Shown here: one piece after another, positions 1 to 12,956 of the stretch | How positions within the stretch are numbered: position 1 is the stretch's first letter | Layout of the letters: the number at the start of each line of letters is the position of its first letter | Assembly: GCA_905331295.1 (NCBI GenBank) | Contig: CAJNYD010000034.1 | Coordinates: 62,001 to 126,000 of the forward strand | Length of the DNA stretch: 64,000 nt | From: Rotaria socialis | Lineage: Eukaryota | Direction of reading: 5' to 3' | Translations under genes and position numbers: made by a program | The notes under the pieces: model-generated | What the model was told of the DNA's origin: nothing | Database searches by the model: none | What the model saw: only the letters and a program-made list of their open reading frames with translations

Positions 1-557
1 GGACAAGATTTGTTTTTTGTACAATAATTCAAGATCTGTTAAGAATTCTCTAGCAAACAAGATTTTGATTGAATTGAATCAATTCTAATATTTCGTTTAG
101 ATGAGTTCGAAATCTGCTTTTATTATTTTCGGGCAATGTGTATGAATGAATTGCAATCTTTTAGAATAAATAAAATTCTCACTATATGACAGTCATTTAT
201 CGCCTATGTTGCAAATATGTAACCGTTCGTCTTTGATTGCGCATTGCCTACAGCTAATTTCAAGCTATCAGTTCAGTGTAGTACTTCTTGTAATGAAGCC
301 AGTTGTATGTTAAACTACAATGTTGTTAGATTATATGAAACTTACACTGTAGTTATATAGGCATTGGATATAGTAGGTAACAAGTTTTACATTTACTTAC
401 ATTGTTTTGGATACATGTCAAAACAAAAATACAAATCATTCATCTTACAAATGATTACCGAAAAAAGAGTTTCTGTTCAAGAATGTTCTCATTGACTCAA
501 ATAGGTCGATCTCGCTGCAAATTTTAAACTGTCATAGTTATTAAATTAGTAACATAC

Positions 558-3463
558 CATATTCAGGACTAAAGATTTGTTCAGTGATAAGTTGAAAGAA
601 TTCTTTTGATAATCCACCTAGAAAAATTCAAAAAATGATTTCTTAGTTTTATTTTTCGAAGTATTTGTTTCCACGTACCTTCATCGTGACCTTGTTCGCC
701 GTCAAATTCGACAAAGAATTGTTTTTTAAGTTCAGCTGGTTGTTCGATACCTTGATATTCGAGCTAGACAAAATAAATTGTCTTCTATAGAAAGAAAAGT
801 TGCTTGTGGAGAAATGAGATACGATAGCATACAGCGATTAGAGCATCCTCAATAAGATGACCACGTCGGACACATATTTTAAAAAATGGATCAAGACGAA
901 CACCGCTGAATATACTATGAAAAAATGATGTATGTCGTTGTCGATACATTTGTACTTTATTTTCGATGTTGAGAAGTGCTAGAAAAATAATCATAGCAAT
1001 TAAATAAAGAACTAGCAAATCATTCTTCATTACCGATTTTGTTGATTGTAGATAAAAAAAATGGATATAAAATAAATGAAAAGTGAAGAATATCAGGTCT
1101 TTGTCGAACAAAATCAAGATATTCTTTATTAATCTCGATTTTTTCATTAGCAAATTCATTAATAAAACTATCAAATGGTAAATAACCACGACGATATTCA
1201 TTTGGTTCAAGACCAAGTTTAATTTGTAGTGGATTTTCATAGAGAGATTCAATTTCATCTTGTTCACTCGTTGATGTACGCATTGTGAAACTTGTTGATC
1301 GATGACGTAAGGGAGAAGTCGCTGTAGCTTCTGGTCTATTCTCTCCTTGTTCAGCTGCCTGTTGTTGTTGTTGATTTTGCTCTTGTTCATTATGATTTCC
1401 ATCATCACCTACATCATCGTCGTTATGTCGTTGACGACGATTAATTAATTCAACTTCCATACGTTGATCGTTTTCACGCTCAGTTTCAATGATTTCCAGT
1501 ATTTGACGTTCACCACCAAGAAGATTTGCATAGAAAAGTATGCGCAATACATACAATCCTTCATGCATACCTATTCAAAGAAGAAATCAAACTATTACCT
1601 CTATATTTCATGCGATCATCAATACTGTTCTATTGATTTCTCAATCGATAAAAAGTCAATGTTGATATATATTTACAGACAGAGTTCATTTTTTTGTTCT
1701 ACTTGCAGTATTTCGTTTTATATAAACATACCTTGATGAGTAAGAAATAACTAAAAACTACTTTAATTTATAGTCTTTATCTGGCAGTCTTAATATAAAG
1801 CATGTACTCCTTTTTTCGAAACGATAATAAGGATTGATTCTAGTTGGATCGAGTAAATTAGAAACAAGCTCTTTTACTTGTTCCTAATATATGTATTCGG
1901 GTTTACTTGCTAACATAAATTTAGACAGCTATCGTTAGATTACTTCAAATAGAACTAGCACAGAAGACTTACTTTACTTAGTTAAGTACCTATTTGAAAA
2001 TAAAAGTTATGAAATTCTAAATATTATTTAAAAGCTCAGTTTTATTTACTGAAGTAATCTCTGAAGAGAATTCTTTTTGATTCTGTATGATAGATTGTCA
2101 ATAGCAAATTTCTAAACAGTAAATTCTATAGAAACTAGATTTCTATTTAAAAAGCAATTTGCTTTGGTTAATTGAATAATTTATTTTTCTATTGAATTCA
2201 GTGGTCTATGCTTATTATCAATAAAAGCCATATCAATTCGCTGCAAGATCTAATCAGTTCTATTTTTTTGGTAACAGAATCAATAGCCCTATATGACTTT
2301 CCTAAGTTTCTACCGAGATCAAACACTCAATTACTATGGCAATCCGTAAGTATAGTTTACAATTAAACTATCCAATGTAACTTTACCTCTTTCACTTGAT
2401 AATAATGATTCATTTGTAGTATTAATTTCTGTATGATCACACCATCTGAATGTATGCATAGTAATATACTGTTGTACATGTGAAACATAATAGTTTAAAT
2501 CAGTTTTCTGTTTGGCTAAAATTCGTACGAATTTCATTTGAATATCAATTGATAATTTAGGGAAAATTGAATAGAACGTATAAGCAGTATCAAATATACA
2601 TATTGGATCTGATAGATATGGTAGTTGAAATACAATAAAGAATATATTAAGGAAATTAGCATCATCTTCAAGTTCAGCTTTTTTTGATAATGCTAATTCA
2701 TTATCGATTTGTTTAAATAAAGCACCTAATGCATCATTAATTGTTACTGATACCTCATCTTCATATGACATTAATAATTTTATAGAACGTTTCATTAAAT
2801 CAAAATCTAATGTAATTTCATTATTTTCGAGTGTTATACGTGAGTCATGTAGGAAGTGACCTGTCGTTCAATTAAAGAAAAAAAAGAAATGTATTTTTCA
2901 ACAGAGAAATGTTGTTTTTTTTTGTTTTACTTTTAGCTGTGGCACTCGCCGCTTTCGATGAAGAAATATCATTATTTGTTGAACTATTGATAGGAAAACC
3001 TTTCCGTAAAAAACTTGATGATAGATTTTGTCGATTAGAAAAAACAGAATAAATTAATTTTTGAAGTAATCCCCAATTGTTTAGTTCTTTACATTTCATA
3101 ATTATCTGTTGAAGATTTTCTTCAATTAGAAACGAATTTGAATTCATATATTCATCTAAATAAGCTAAGCCATAGTCATGTGCGAGTTTAATTGCTTCAG
3201 CAGCAACATTATTTGGATCTTCGAAAAGTTTTCGATCATATTTAAATGATAAATTCGATGAACAATAAATATTTAGACATTGACTGTTTCCTATAGATAA
3301 AAAAAAGAAACAATAAAATAAAGAGAAGCAAGAGTTAAACATCTCCATACCACAGCCGCGTGTTAGCTGCTGAAAGTAACTTTGAACTAATTTGGCTAGA
3401 AAATTAACCAATTAATTCATGCAATAAAAAATTTTATTTTAAAATTAGCATACCAGCAGTCAT
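558..3463 (-). CDS. UBE3A: HECT E3 ubiquitin ligase UBE3A/E6AP-like, multi-exon, 5' part only (continues beyond the left edge)
   Basis: Spliced N-terminus MTAAKLVQSYFQQLTRGCGNSQCLNIYCSSN is an AZUL-type zinc domain. Later exons read FSFILYPFFLSTINKI, VRRGHLIEDAL, VEFDGEQGHDE and GGLSKEFFQLITEQIFSPEYG (start of HECT). GT-AG introns. Confidence 0.9.
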
Positions 3464-4752
3464 ATGAACAAATTTTAATTAAATATAACAATTATATTTT
3501 TATCTATTGTAGAGAATGAAGATAGTATTAAGTAATTTTGAAATAATGTATCGATGAAAAAAAATGTTTCATTTTATGTGAGCTGTATTTATTGCAGCGT
3601 TTTGCATTCTTTCATTCGTTTTTTTCCCCTAATAGCTGGGTTTGCTTGTCATTGTTTTACCGTCTCAGCAAGAGATGTCACCAATACAAATGAATAGAAC
3701 AGGAAAAATAAATGGAAAAACTAATGCAGCAGAGGGCGTGTCAAATTTGTTCGGTGCAAGTTAAGCAAAAGCACAGTCTGCCTAAAGGACATTCGTAATT
3801 GTTCATTCTTTTGTGTTCAATGGTTTTTCGTTCGATAAAATACACAATAGAAAAGTTTCATTGAAATTCATCTTTGATTGTACTTCAGATAGACAATACA
3901 ACATTATAAAAGAGTAAGAGTATTGCAGCCCCGTTGATTTAAATCATTATCAAAATTTTTAAAAAAAGATTGGTGAAATTAATCGAAGTCCAAAACGTTT
4001 AGGGTTACCATTCTATTCAACTAGATTACACACCAAGCGGACTGTATTACTTATATTTATATATGCTATAACTATGATCGTTTTAATTAAAAACTTTAAG
4101 TGATCTGTAGTATTCTGAAAACTTTAGTCCACAATATACATATTTGATGTAAAATATAGAAAGCTTCATGAGTAGTAGCATCTTACACAGGCACAGTATA
4201 AGAATCAATTTATTTTAGACATTTCATATCTTAAAACAAAGTTCTAGTCATTTTCAGATTTGTTTATTCATATTGAATCTTCTTGAAGAACTTGATCAGT
4301 TCCGCGAGTATGAATCAGCCGTATTATTCCTTCATAAAACTTCATTACAAAAATCTTAATGATTTGGTTTCAAAAATTAAAGTTAACGGTTTCATTAATG
4401 TTCGGTTAATATTCCAACAATATGATCGAATGATAATATATTTTCGCTAATTGTCTGCTGTTTGACAAAACAACCGGTTTTACTAACACAGTATTTTTTA
4501 CAAGAGTACACATACACAACCACACAAGCATATTTATATCGAAAGAAAAAAGACGACATACATAATGAACACAAGGAAAAAAGGACAAAAAAGACAAAGA
4601 TCAGGATTTTTTTTGCTTTTTGTTTGAAAACTTTTTTTGCTTGTGTGCACCTTTTTATGTTAGAGCAAAAACAAAAAAGGAGACAACGACTAAATTGAGT
4701 TTTCCTCGGTTAATCAAGAAAAACAACGAAAAGAAAAAGCAATTAAACGTCA

Positions 4753-5669
4753 TCATTTTTTCGATGAGCTTTCTGCACGGTATGCATCGAGTTCAGCATC
4801 AAGATCTTTAGCGGTAACATCTACTTTTTTATTACCACCATTTCCATTTTGCTGTTGTCTACCACCTCGTGGCCGACTAGCACCACCACCACGAGTTCCA
4901 TTTTGTTGATTATTAAAACGAAAACCTGATCTTTGATTTCTACCATTAGTTCCATTTAGATTCAAACTAAAATTTGTTTGTTGTTGTGCTCCACTATCAA
5001 GAGCACCAACTAATTTAAGATCCATGGGACGACCTAATCAATGAGTGGTTTAGAACTTAATCAAGAACTTTTACTACTCTTACTTACCATCAAGATTGAG
5101 GCCATTATATTTTTGTTGGGCAGAAACAGCGTCAACACGACGTTCATAAACAACTTCAGCTGTACCTAATGATAGACCATTTTCATCAAAATGTACGTGT
5201 GCAGCACGAACAGCTCCAATATCTTCAAATAATTCCTTGAACAAAAAATACGAATTAATTTTGCATTCACACCGAAGAAATTCTATGCTACCTTAATATC
5301 ACTTGTTGTTACACCATAATCAAGATTAGCTATGAGTAATTTCGTGGTACTATTAACACCACTAGTACGTTGTCCAATTCGACCTCGATTAGCATTATCA
5401 TCAAAAAGATCATGTTTCCAACGACCTGCTGGTGCATTCAACGTTCGAGGCTAAATTTGTACCAGACGAAGATACGAAAAACTAAATAATCGAGTAAAAA
5501 GAATAATTACCAGACCACCACCACCACGAGTTCGAAATCCGTTGCTTTGACCACCTCCTCGACCGCCGCCACGTGTATGAAATCCACGTTGACCACCACG
5601 TCGAGTTGTAGTACGATCTTTTCGAATGATATCGTCGAGACCAAGACCAAGTTTATCCGAATCGGCCAT
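4753..5669 (-). CDS. ALYREF: THO complex subunit 4 / ALY-REF mRNA export adaptor (4 exons)
   Basis: N-terminal MADSDKLGLGLDDII box, RGG region, GRWKHDLF motif, RRM (KLLIANLDYGVTTSDIKELFEDIG...SLGTAEVVY) and C-terminal TAKDLDAELDAY box. Confidence 0.93.
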
Positions 5670-6231
5670 TCTTATATTTCTTTCGAAGCGCTGTTGTTAG
5701 GAATAAATGAAGATGATGATGACGATGGAATGACGTTAATCTAAAAACTTCATTCTTTTGTGCGGTACATTCGCTGTTGTTTTAAATTATTTTGAACCGG
5801 ATAGGAAGAATAAATATAGCAGTTTTGTATAATTAAACACTGCAATGGAATATGATCACAAAAGCTGTGTAGCATTCCGGCTGTATTTTTGTTTTTGCCG
5901 CCAACGAGGTAAACCCCGTGGACACACATTCGCAACATTCGTCGGTGAACGAATCAGCGAATTGTGCGCATGGATGCTATTCATTCTTCACTTTTTAGTT
6001 TCCTAATTTTTTCTTAAATTTCGTACTTGTCGAACAATACATATATATTCAATAAAATGAAGAGCAACTCAGGATGATAATTAGTAAAAAAACGAACAAA
6101 CTGCCAAACAACACTACAATTATAAAATGATGATGCCAGGAGAGAAGAAGAAAATAGATGAATGAATCTAAGTTTGTCGATTGAAAATGTTTCAAAACAA
6201 AGAGAAATGTGTTTACAGGTTATGTGTGTGG

Positions 6232-6364
6232 ATGATGGAGGCGACAAGAATTCGAAAATGGCGAGCCAATGGAATTGCTTTATGGTAAAATATGGATCAT
6301 GCATATCTTACAAACACTGAATCCTATTGGTTCACCATTATGGAATTCGTGTCGCCTCTACCAT
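6232..6364. repeat. ~133-bp imperfect inverted repeat (hairpin or small MITE)
   Basis: Arm 6232-6276 (atgatggaggcgacaagaattcgaaaatggcgagccaatggaatt) closely matches the reverse complement of 6320-6364. Confidence 0.7.
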
Positions 6365-6731
6365 GTTTCGTACTTTTCCCTATATGTTGTTGTTTCCCTT
6401 CAGCGGTGACTACATATGTGCGTTTATCGTTACCTTGAAATTCATCGTATACTAGCCTCTATTCAGAAGTGATGCCTGAACAAGAAAGAAATTAATCTTC
6501 TAGAAAATGAAAGAAAATAAAATTCACTATTATTTCCCAAACAAAAAGATATGAGCAACAATATTTTTAAGAAATGTTATTGTTGGAAGGAAGGAGTCAT
6601 CTTCTTTTCTCATTGGCTAAATTTGTTGTAATATTGAAGATCCAAGAAAAGAAAAGAATGATCTCATGAGTAAGTAGAGTCGCATGCTTCAAGCTCATTC
6701 ATTCTAGAAAAAAACAAGAATAAACACAAAT

Positions 6732-7691
6732 ATGTTTCAAGAACAACATCCTCATGGCAATTCAAGTGATGAAGAGGAATTAGATAGTGATCATCAACTA
6801 GAACATAAATTGCTATCCGATAATTTAGATTTTGTTCCAACTTTCGTTAAATTGAAACAAATCATTTTACTTCGACATCGAAATTTTGTTCAATTACTCA
6901 ATGAATTCAATATTACATTAGAAAAGTTCACAAGAGATGAACCTCATTATTTACGATTTACTATTGTACCGCATTCGGATTCAAATATCTTATGGAAAGC
7001 ACTTATGCGTATAGCATGTTCGAAAGTAGAGTCAATTTTCTCCTATTGAATTTTATTTTATTTGACTGGTTCTTTTTCTTCTTCCAAGATTTCAAGAACC
7101 GATCAAAGTAAATCGAATGAAATCATATTAAATTTACAACAATTTTTATCTGTACATGAATCATTAAGTCAGCAAATATCTACATTACAATGTTCAGCTA
7201 CAGCATTGTATAATTCATCACCAGGAGATGAAAATTCTTCATTTACAACAGCAAAACTGTTCGTAGAAAACAGCATATGTTTGAATAATGCCTATCATTT
7301 TGTTTTCATTATCGTTTATAGATCTTTCAATGTACCTAACGATAATGAATGTTGTATATGTATGGATCGTAAACCAAATTTAGTTTTGCCTTGTACACAT
7401 AGATTTTGTGATGAATGCTTTCAACAATGGTCTGCTTATTTTTCTCTATGCTCCTATCAATCATCATAGAATAGAATCTTGTTTAGGTCTTCCCAAACAA
7501 CAGCTACTTCATCTCATACATGTCCGCTATGTCGCGTCGATGTAAACAGTGACAGTGGGTTTGTACTAGCCGAAACGCCAAAATACGATAAGGTCAAGAA
7601 GATGCTTACTGAATCTATTTTATCGTTGCCGAGTGATTTAAAAAATCGTGGTAATGATGGAACATCAATGACGGGAAGCTATCGTGAATGA
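6732..7691 (+). CDS. RNF141: RING finger protein RNF141-like (4 exons)
   Basis: C3HC4 RING CCICMDRKPNLVLPCTHRFCDECFQQW...CPLCR split by a short intron. Upstream LRFTIVPHSDSNILWKALMRIACSKI...ILNLQQF resembles the RNF141 N-terminal domain. Start codon tentative. Confidence 0.82.
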
Positions 7692-7975
7692 TGATTATTT
7701 CGATTGTTTTTGTATCAGATGCACTGACACAAAATCCATATTGTTTTTTAAAACACGCTTCTTTATTCTTTTGATTTTCAATCTTTTTTTTCTCAATGTC
7801 TATATGATTTACTGTATATAACGGCAATATAATTATTATATTTTTTATCAATCTGAAATTAAAAAAACCATGCAGATGAATAATCATTGTTTCTACGTTC
7901 AATACGAATCATTTTAAAGAAAAATAAAAAGGTAATGAAGAATTTGATTCAATTTCTAGATTAAACAAGCAGAGA

Positions 7976-10662
7976 ATGAATTTTACTGATTATTTAATAT
8001 ATGCCAAATCACAGTTGGTAGGAAAATAACATACATATATATATATAGAATGATAAATATTTTTCTACAATGTATTGATAAACACGAAATAGTTCATATT
8101 GAAAATTTTCAACTTCTGAGATATAAATAACTAATAAAAAAACACAATTTTTATTTTTAAATAGATCTAAAATGATTGATCAGAATATTCGAAAAGTTTC
8201 TATGCTAATACTTCTATGTATCAACAGTAAAGGAAGTGAGTATGAGCATCCGATATTAACTAAATGAACTTCTGGAAAAATATCTTTCTACTTGATTTTC
8301 TTATTGATATCTGATATGATTGCAGTTTACGCTTCTGACTGATCGTAAGTATCTATATGATATCAGACTGAAATTTCAAGTTTTCCTTTCTTTCTAAAAA
8401 CACATGAATGATTCAACTCGAAATAATGTCCTTTTCAATATTCTCTATTCCAGAGAATAGCATATGTTTCATTCCATAGTGTAATATTTACTTGAAGATA
8501 TGAGTAGTTTATCATAGAAACGAGCGAGACAAGTCGTACTGGTTCTGGAATTATCTTATCTATGTATAATTAATCTGTTATTGATAAACGTATGGTAGAT
8601 TTATAATTAGTTATAAAGATAAGACTCTCATTGACAGAAAGTCCTTAAAGAAAAAATGATCAATTTTACTTTTTCTTTAAACAAAAAAAGTCAGTTCTCT
8701 TTAAAAGTTTCATCAGAAAAATTTTCGTGATACATAGATGCTTCTTGATAAATAAATAAAAATATAATTTCAAAAATTTCTAATAGCTGCTACAATTAGT
8801 TAGATTGCTTTTTGACACTATTTTATGGTTAAGAAGCTTCTTTTGAGCCATTACCATTCAAAATGAATATAAATTTCCATACAAATGCCATTCATTTTAT
8901 TGAAAAACTAATTTTGAAAACGAATATATTTCAAAAATTAATACATTGTAAAAAGAAAAATATTCATAATAATTATCTGAAGAGAAAATATTTTAAAATA
9001 TTCTTGTATTCTACTAAAAGAAAAATTTAAATCAATTCCATCGCATACGCATTGTTTTGGGTAATGAATCTTGTGATTTGGATTCAACTATAAGTGCTTG
9101 CGTCTATGCATATTTTCTTCATACTGTATGTTGAACAGAATAAAAATAACATTTGATTTAATGATTGATTTATCAATAATAGACTTGTTCGAATCAAAAA
9201 GAAATTCTTCATTTATCTGTGATGAGTAACAATGCTTCAACATTTCGTTTACGTACTGAAGTACGATGGCTTCTCAAAGAAGATTATTCAAATGTTATTT
9301 GCATTGATGATATAAACCTAAATGAATTACATAATCAAAGAAAACTTGATATTATTCTGGTTGATCATAATTATTTAAATTCAAATTTAAATGAAAATGT
9401 AATTGAAATAATCGATCATCATCAATTAAAAAATGGTTCCATCATGTTACAAGAGTATAGCAGAATTGCATTTTTTCCTCCAGAAACGATAATCCTTCTA
9501 CTTTTTGTTTTTTCAATTAGTCCATCGAAGATCAAAATTGAATATGTTGGTTCATGCTGTACATTAATTGCTGAAAAATTATTTTCATTAAATTTTAAAA
9601 TGACAGAAAAAGTCGCATATTTATTAACCGGTAAATAGTAATATTGAATGACCAATCGATTCTTTCCATTAATACGTTCGTTTCAAAAAATAATTATTGA
9701 ATCGTTTTTGTTATCCACCAGGATTATGAGTCTATAGAAGGTTCGTCGAGCTCGATTGTGATATTTCAGAAGGGGCTCATTTTTAGAGTTTAGTCATGTT
9801 GAAATAAGCTTAGTCGTATTCTTAAAATAGACTTTGCCTATAAATTCAGAAAAAATTCGTATTATCTCATCTAGTGTTACTTTTTTACGTGCAGACTGAA
9901 CAGATCTCTACACGAAATTCATAAAAGAGGAGACTTCTTTTTTTATGTTTCTTCAAGGACCAATTGTATTCGATACAGTTAATTTTTCACCAAGTGCTGG
10001 CAAAACAACAGAGAAAGATCGACAAATCTATGCACAACTACAAACTTATCGTCCACAATCTGACAATGATTTAGAGTTATACGAAAATATAATGAAAAGT
10101 TCAGCAGACGTAACAGGTAATAGGATTTTCAAAGTAAATAAGAATAAATAGAAAATTAAAGTATCTAGGATTATCGGTCCAAGATCTATTACGGAAAGAT
10201 GCTAAACAAATTTCGGGGTCGAATGTTTGTCTTATCATGTCTAGTTTACCAATGAATTATACAGTTGAAGTAAATTTATCTAATGAATTGATTTTCTAGC
10301 AATTTATGTTGATTTGTTTCTCTTAGGATTTAATTGGAAAACTAAAAACGCTGGATGACATAAATGAATTTTTATCAGAAAATGAGAATGCGGATGGTGT
10401 TATTATTACATCGGTAAAAGTTGAGAATACAGTAACAAAACGTCAATTAGGCTTTTATTTTAAAAAAATCGAACATACACAATTGATTAACAAATATATT
10501 CGAAGTGAAGAAGTTAATCTTGATTTGCAAGAACGTCCTATACCAATAAATCAAGCACGTATCAAATTATTTGATCAAAAAAATGTTCTAGCTTCTCGAA
10601 AACAAATACTACCACTTATTGAAACGTTTATCAAAGATTTGGTTAAATCAGACATCTCCTAA
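7976..10662 (+). CDS. PRUNE1: PRUNE-like DHH-family exopolyphosphatase (multi-exon)
   Basis: Exon 1 MNFTDYLIYAKSQL. Motifs IVLGNESCDLDS, ILVDHN, IIDHH, VGSCCTLIAE, LLRKDAK and QKNVLASRKQILPLI. Stop TAA at 10660-10662. Confidence 0.92.
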
Positions 10663-11315
10663 GTATTCTGTTTATGAATGAACTTAACTCTATTACGTTT
10701 TAGTCATGTCATTGAATGATTTCGAAGCTTGAATTTTTTGTTTTATTATAAGTTATAGTTCGAAAATACTTTCAATATATCGATCATTTTTCTCAAAATA
10801 AATATTCTTCAAGTAGTGTTCGGATACATAATCATGCCAATCACTCCTAAAAGTATGAGCCCATGCACATACGTCTTGTATAATTGCATAGAGATCTCTG
10901 AACAATTTTGGAACATGTAAAATAAATCAAGAACTGTGGCGTAGTATTCCACATGGTATTATTGTTGCAAAATCTATTTAAGAATCAGTCCGTTAGACAA
11001 TCAGAAGAGCTGAAGGATTCGCTTTGAAATTAACTATATTGATAGTTCAACAATAGTGCAATACACTCTAGAAAATCGATTGAAAAGCTTCTAAGTCACT
11101 GAAATCATTGTTTTTTCCTGCTTAAATCTCCTATGTACTTGATATTTGAATTAACCAGTTCATCTATTTCTATGTATCAATATCGTAGTCTGAACGTCTA
11201 TTCCATGCAATAGAATCACAACTTGGTCATATGAAGGGAAACTTTCGTTTTTGTTTATCAGTAACTCCAAGTTTTACGTTGATTGAATAGAAGTCAAATC
11301 AAGACTCGGATATGC

Positions 11316-12287
11316 CTGGACTGCGATTCGACCTATATTTCCTATAATTCCTATATTTTATCGAAAAAAGTAGAAAATTTCCGAAAACCTCTTAATTTTG
11401 GTACTGTCTTTAGACGGAAAAAAAACTTCTAATGTGTACAAGCATGTGTTTTGGACAAATTCTTGTATTATAGTGACATTTCTTTTAAATAGTATTTTGC
11501 CTTTCGCCTATTTAGTGGGCTGACTGAGACACTGTTTAATACAAAAGTACAAAATACAAAATAGTTCAAAAGAAAAAGAAAACATTCACAAAGTGATCAT
11601 GTACTAGTTTCGGGTTTTTAGTGAAGTTTTAGTTAGATATAAAAGCTGTATATATATATACCAGTGGAAATAAGTTTCACTCTGTATTTTGAGGATATGG
11701 TTACCAAAAGAATATCTTTTTTTAAATTAACGATATATTCTGAAAGCCCGTGAAATTTTACACCATCCTGTGTATATACATTTTCATTTACACTTACTTA
11801 TTACCGGAAAAAATTGAGTTATGATAAAATACAAAATAAGCTTGTGGAAAATAATAAGCGATGAATGCTGATTATCAGGAGAATAAAATTAGGTTGAGAT
11901 TTTTTGGGAAGTCATGTCGGTAATCTGAAACGTCTCCTTTAATTATGAGAAATAGTATTTATTTTTTCAAAGTTTATGATCTACTTTATTGTTATTTATT
12001 AATTTGCGAAAGTTTTATAATTAAACTTTATAATAATCCTCGAATTAGCAACTTATTTCAGTAGAAAGAAGTTACACAAGAATCTTGATGATGATTGAGC
12101 TGTTCATAGCAGCTGCATAAAAACGATTTTCGAGCAGAGAAGTTAAAAGACACTACAACAATTGAACAGAAACGCCGTATAAAAACATCCTATATTTTGG
12201 CCATTTTTTATCGAAAATCCTATACATTTGACAAGCTAAATCCTCTAAGGATTTCTATATTTTTAAAAAGTAGCAATCGGAGGCCAG
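11316..12287. mobile_element. Non-autonomous TIR DNA transposon with 8-bp TSD (hAT-like or P-like)
   Basis: Ends CTGGACTGCGATT and (reverse complement) CTGGCCTCCGATT. Flanks GGATATGC (11308-11315) and AGATATGC (12288-12295). CCTATATTT-like subterminal repeats at both ends. Confidence 0.65.
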
Positions 12288-12956
12288 AGATATGCGTCCA
12301 GAACATAAATGATATTAATATGAATCTAAATGTCTGTTTGATTTAGCATTCATATTATATTTCAGTAGTTTATAATGCGGAAGTAAATAAAAGGTGTACT
12401 TTCAGTTCGTATCAAAATACTTGTAATGAAAAATAAATAAATCAAATTAGATCTTTTTTAAAGTTTGACATTCAAAAATAAAATGTTTTACTCATGTTTC
12501 TATGTTTTGAATACAATTGATACAAGAATAAGCACAAAAAACAAAAAAAATATTTTTTTTGGGCTGTGCTAGGCATTCGTGAGCATTTACAATCTGCAAG
12601 AGAAGAAAACCTTTTTATGTATTCTTCTAGTTTACCAAACTTAAAGTACGTGTAAACTTCTATTCTTTAAGCATTACCAACATTGCCGATCATGTAAAAC
12701 AATTTAATCAGATATGTTTTTTGTGGTTCAAAAAAGTAGTACATTCACATGATTTTATTAACATAAGCACAAAAACCCCACAAACAAAATCCAGCAAACA
12801 CAAAAAAAGAGAAAACAATTGAAAACATTTTTTTGTAACCAAGCATTTTTATTGAAGAACTTTAGTCTTTTGTGTAACTTCTATACTTAAAGTCGCATAG
12901 CTTTGAAAAAAAGCGAAAGACAAACTAATCTATAATATAGAACATTCTTGATTTGC

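Noticed and set aside
785..1736. ORFs 785-1408 (-) and 1464-1736 (+)
   Set aside because: Alternative-frame or antisense shadows of UBE3A exons and introns.
11659..11775. Possible small Tc1/mariner-type MITE (TACCAGTGG... / ...CCATCCTGTGTA) inside the 8-bp-TSD element
   Set aside because: The TIR match is too degenerate to call.
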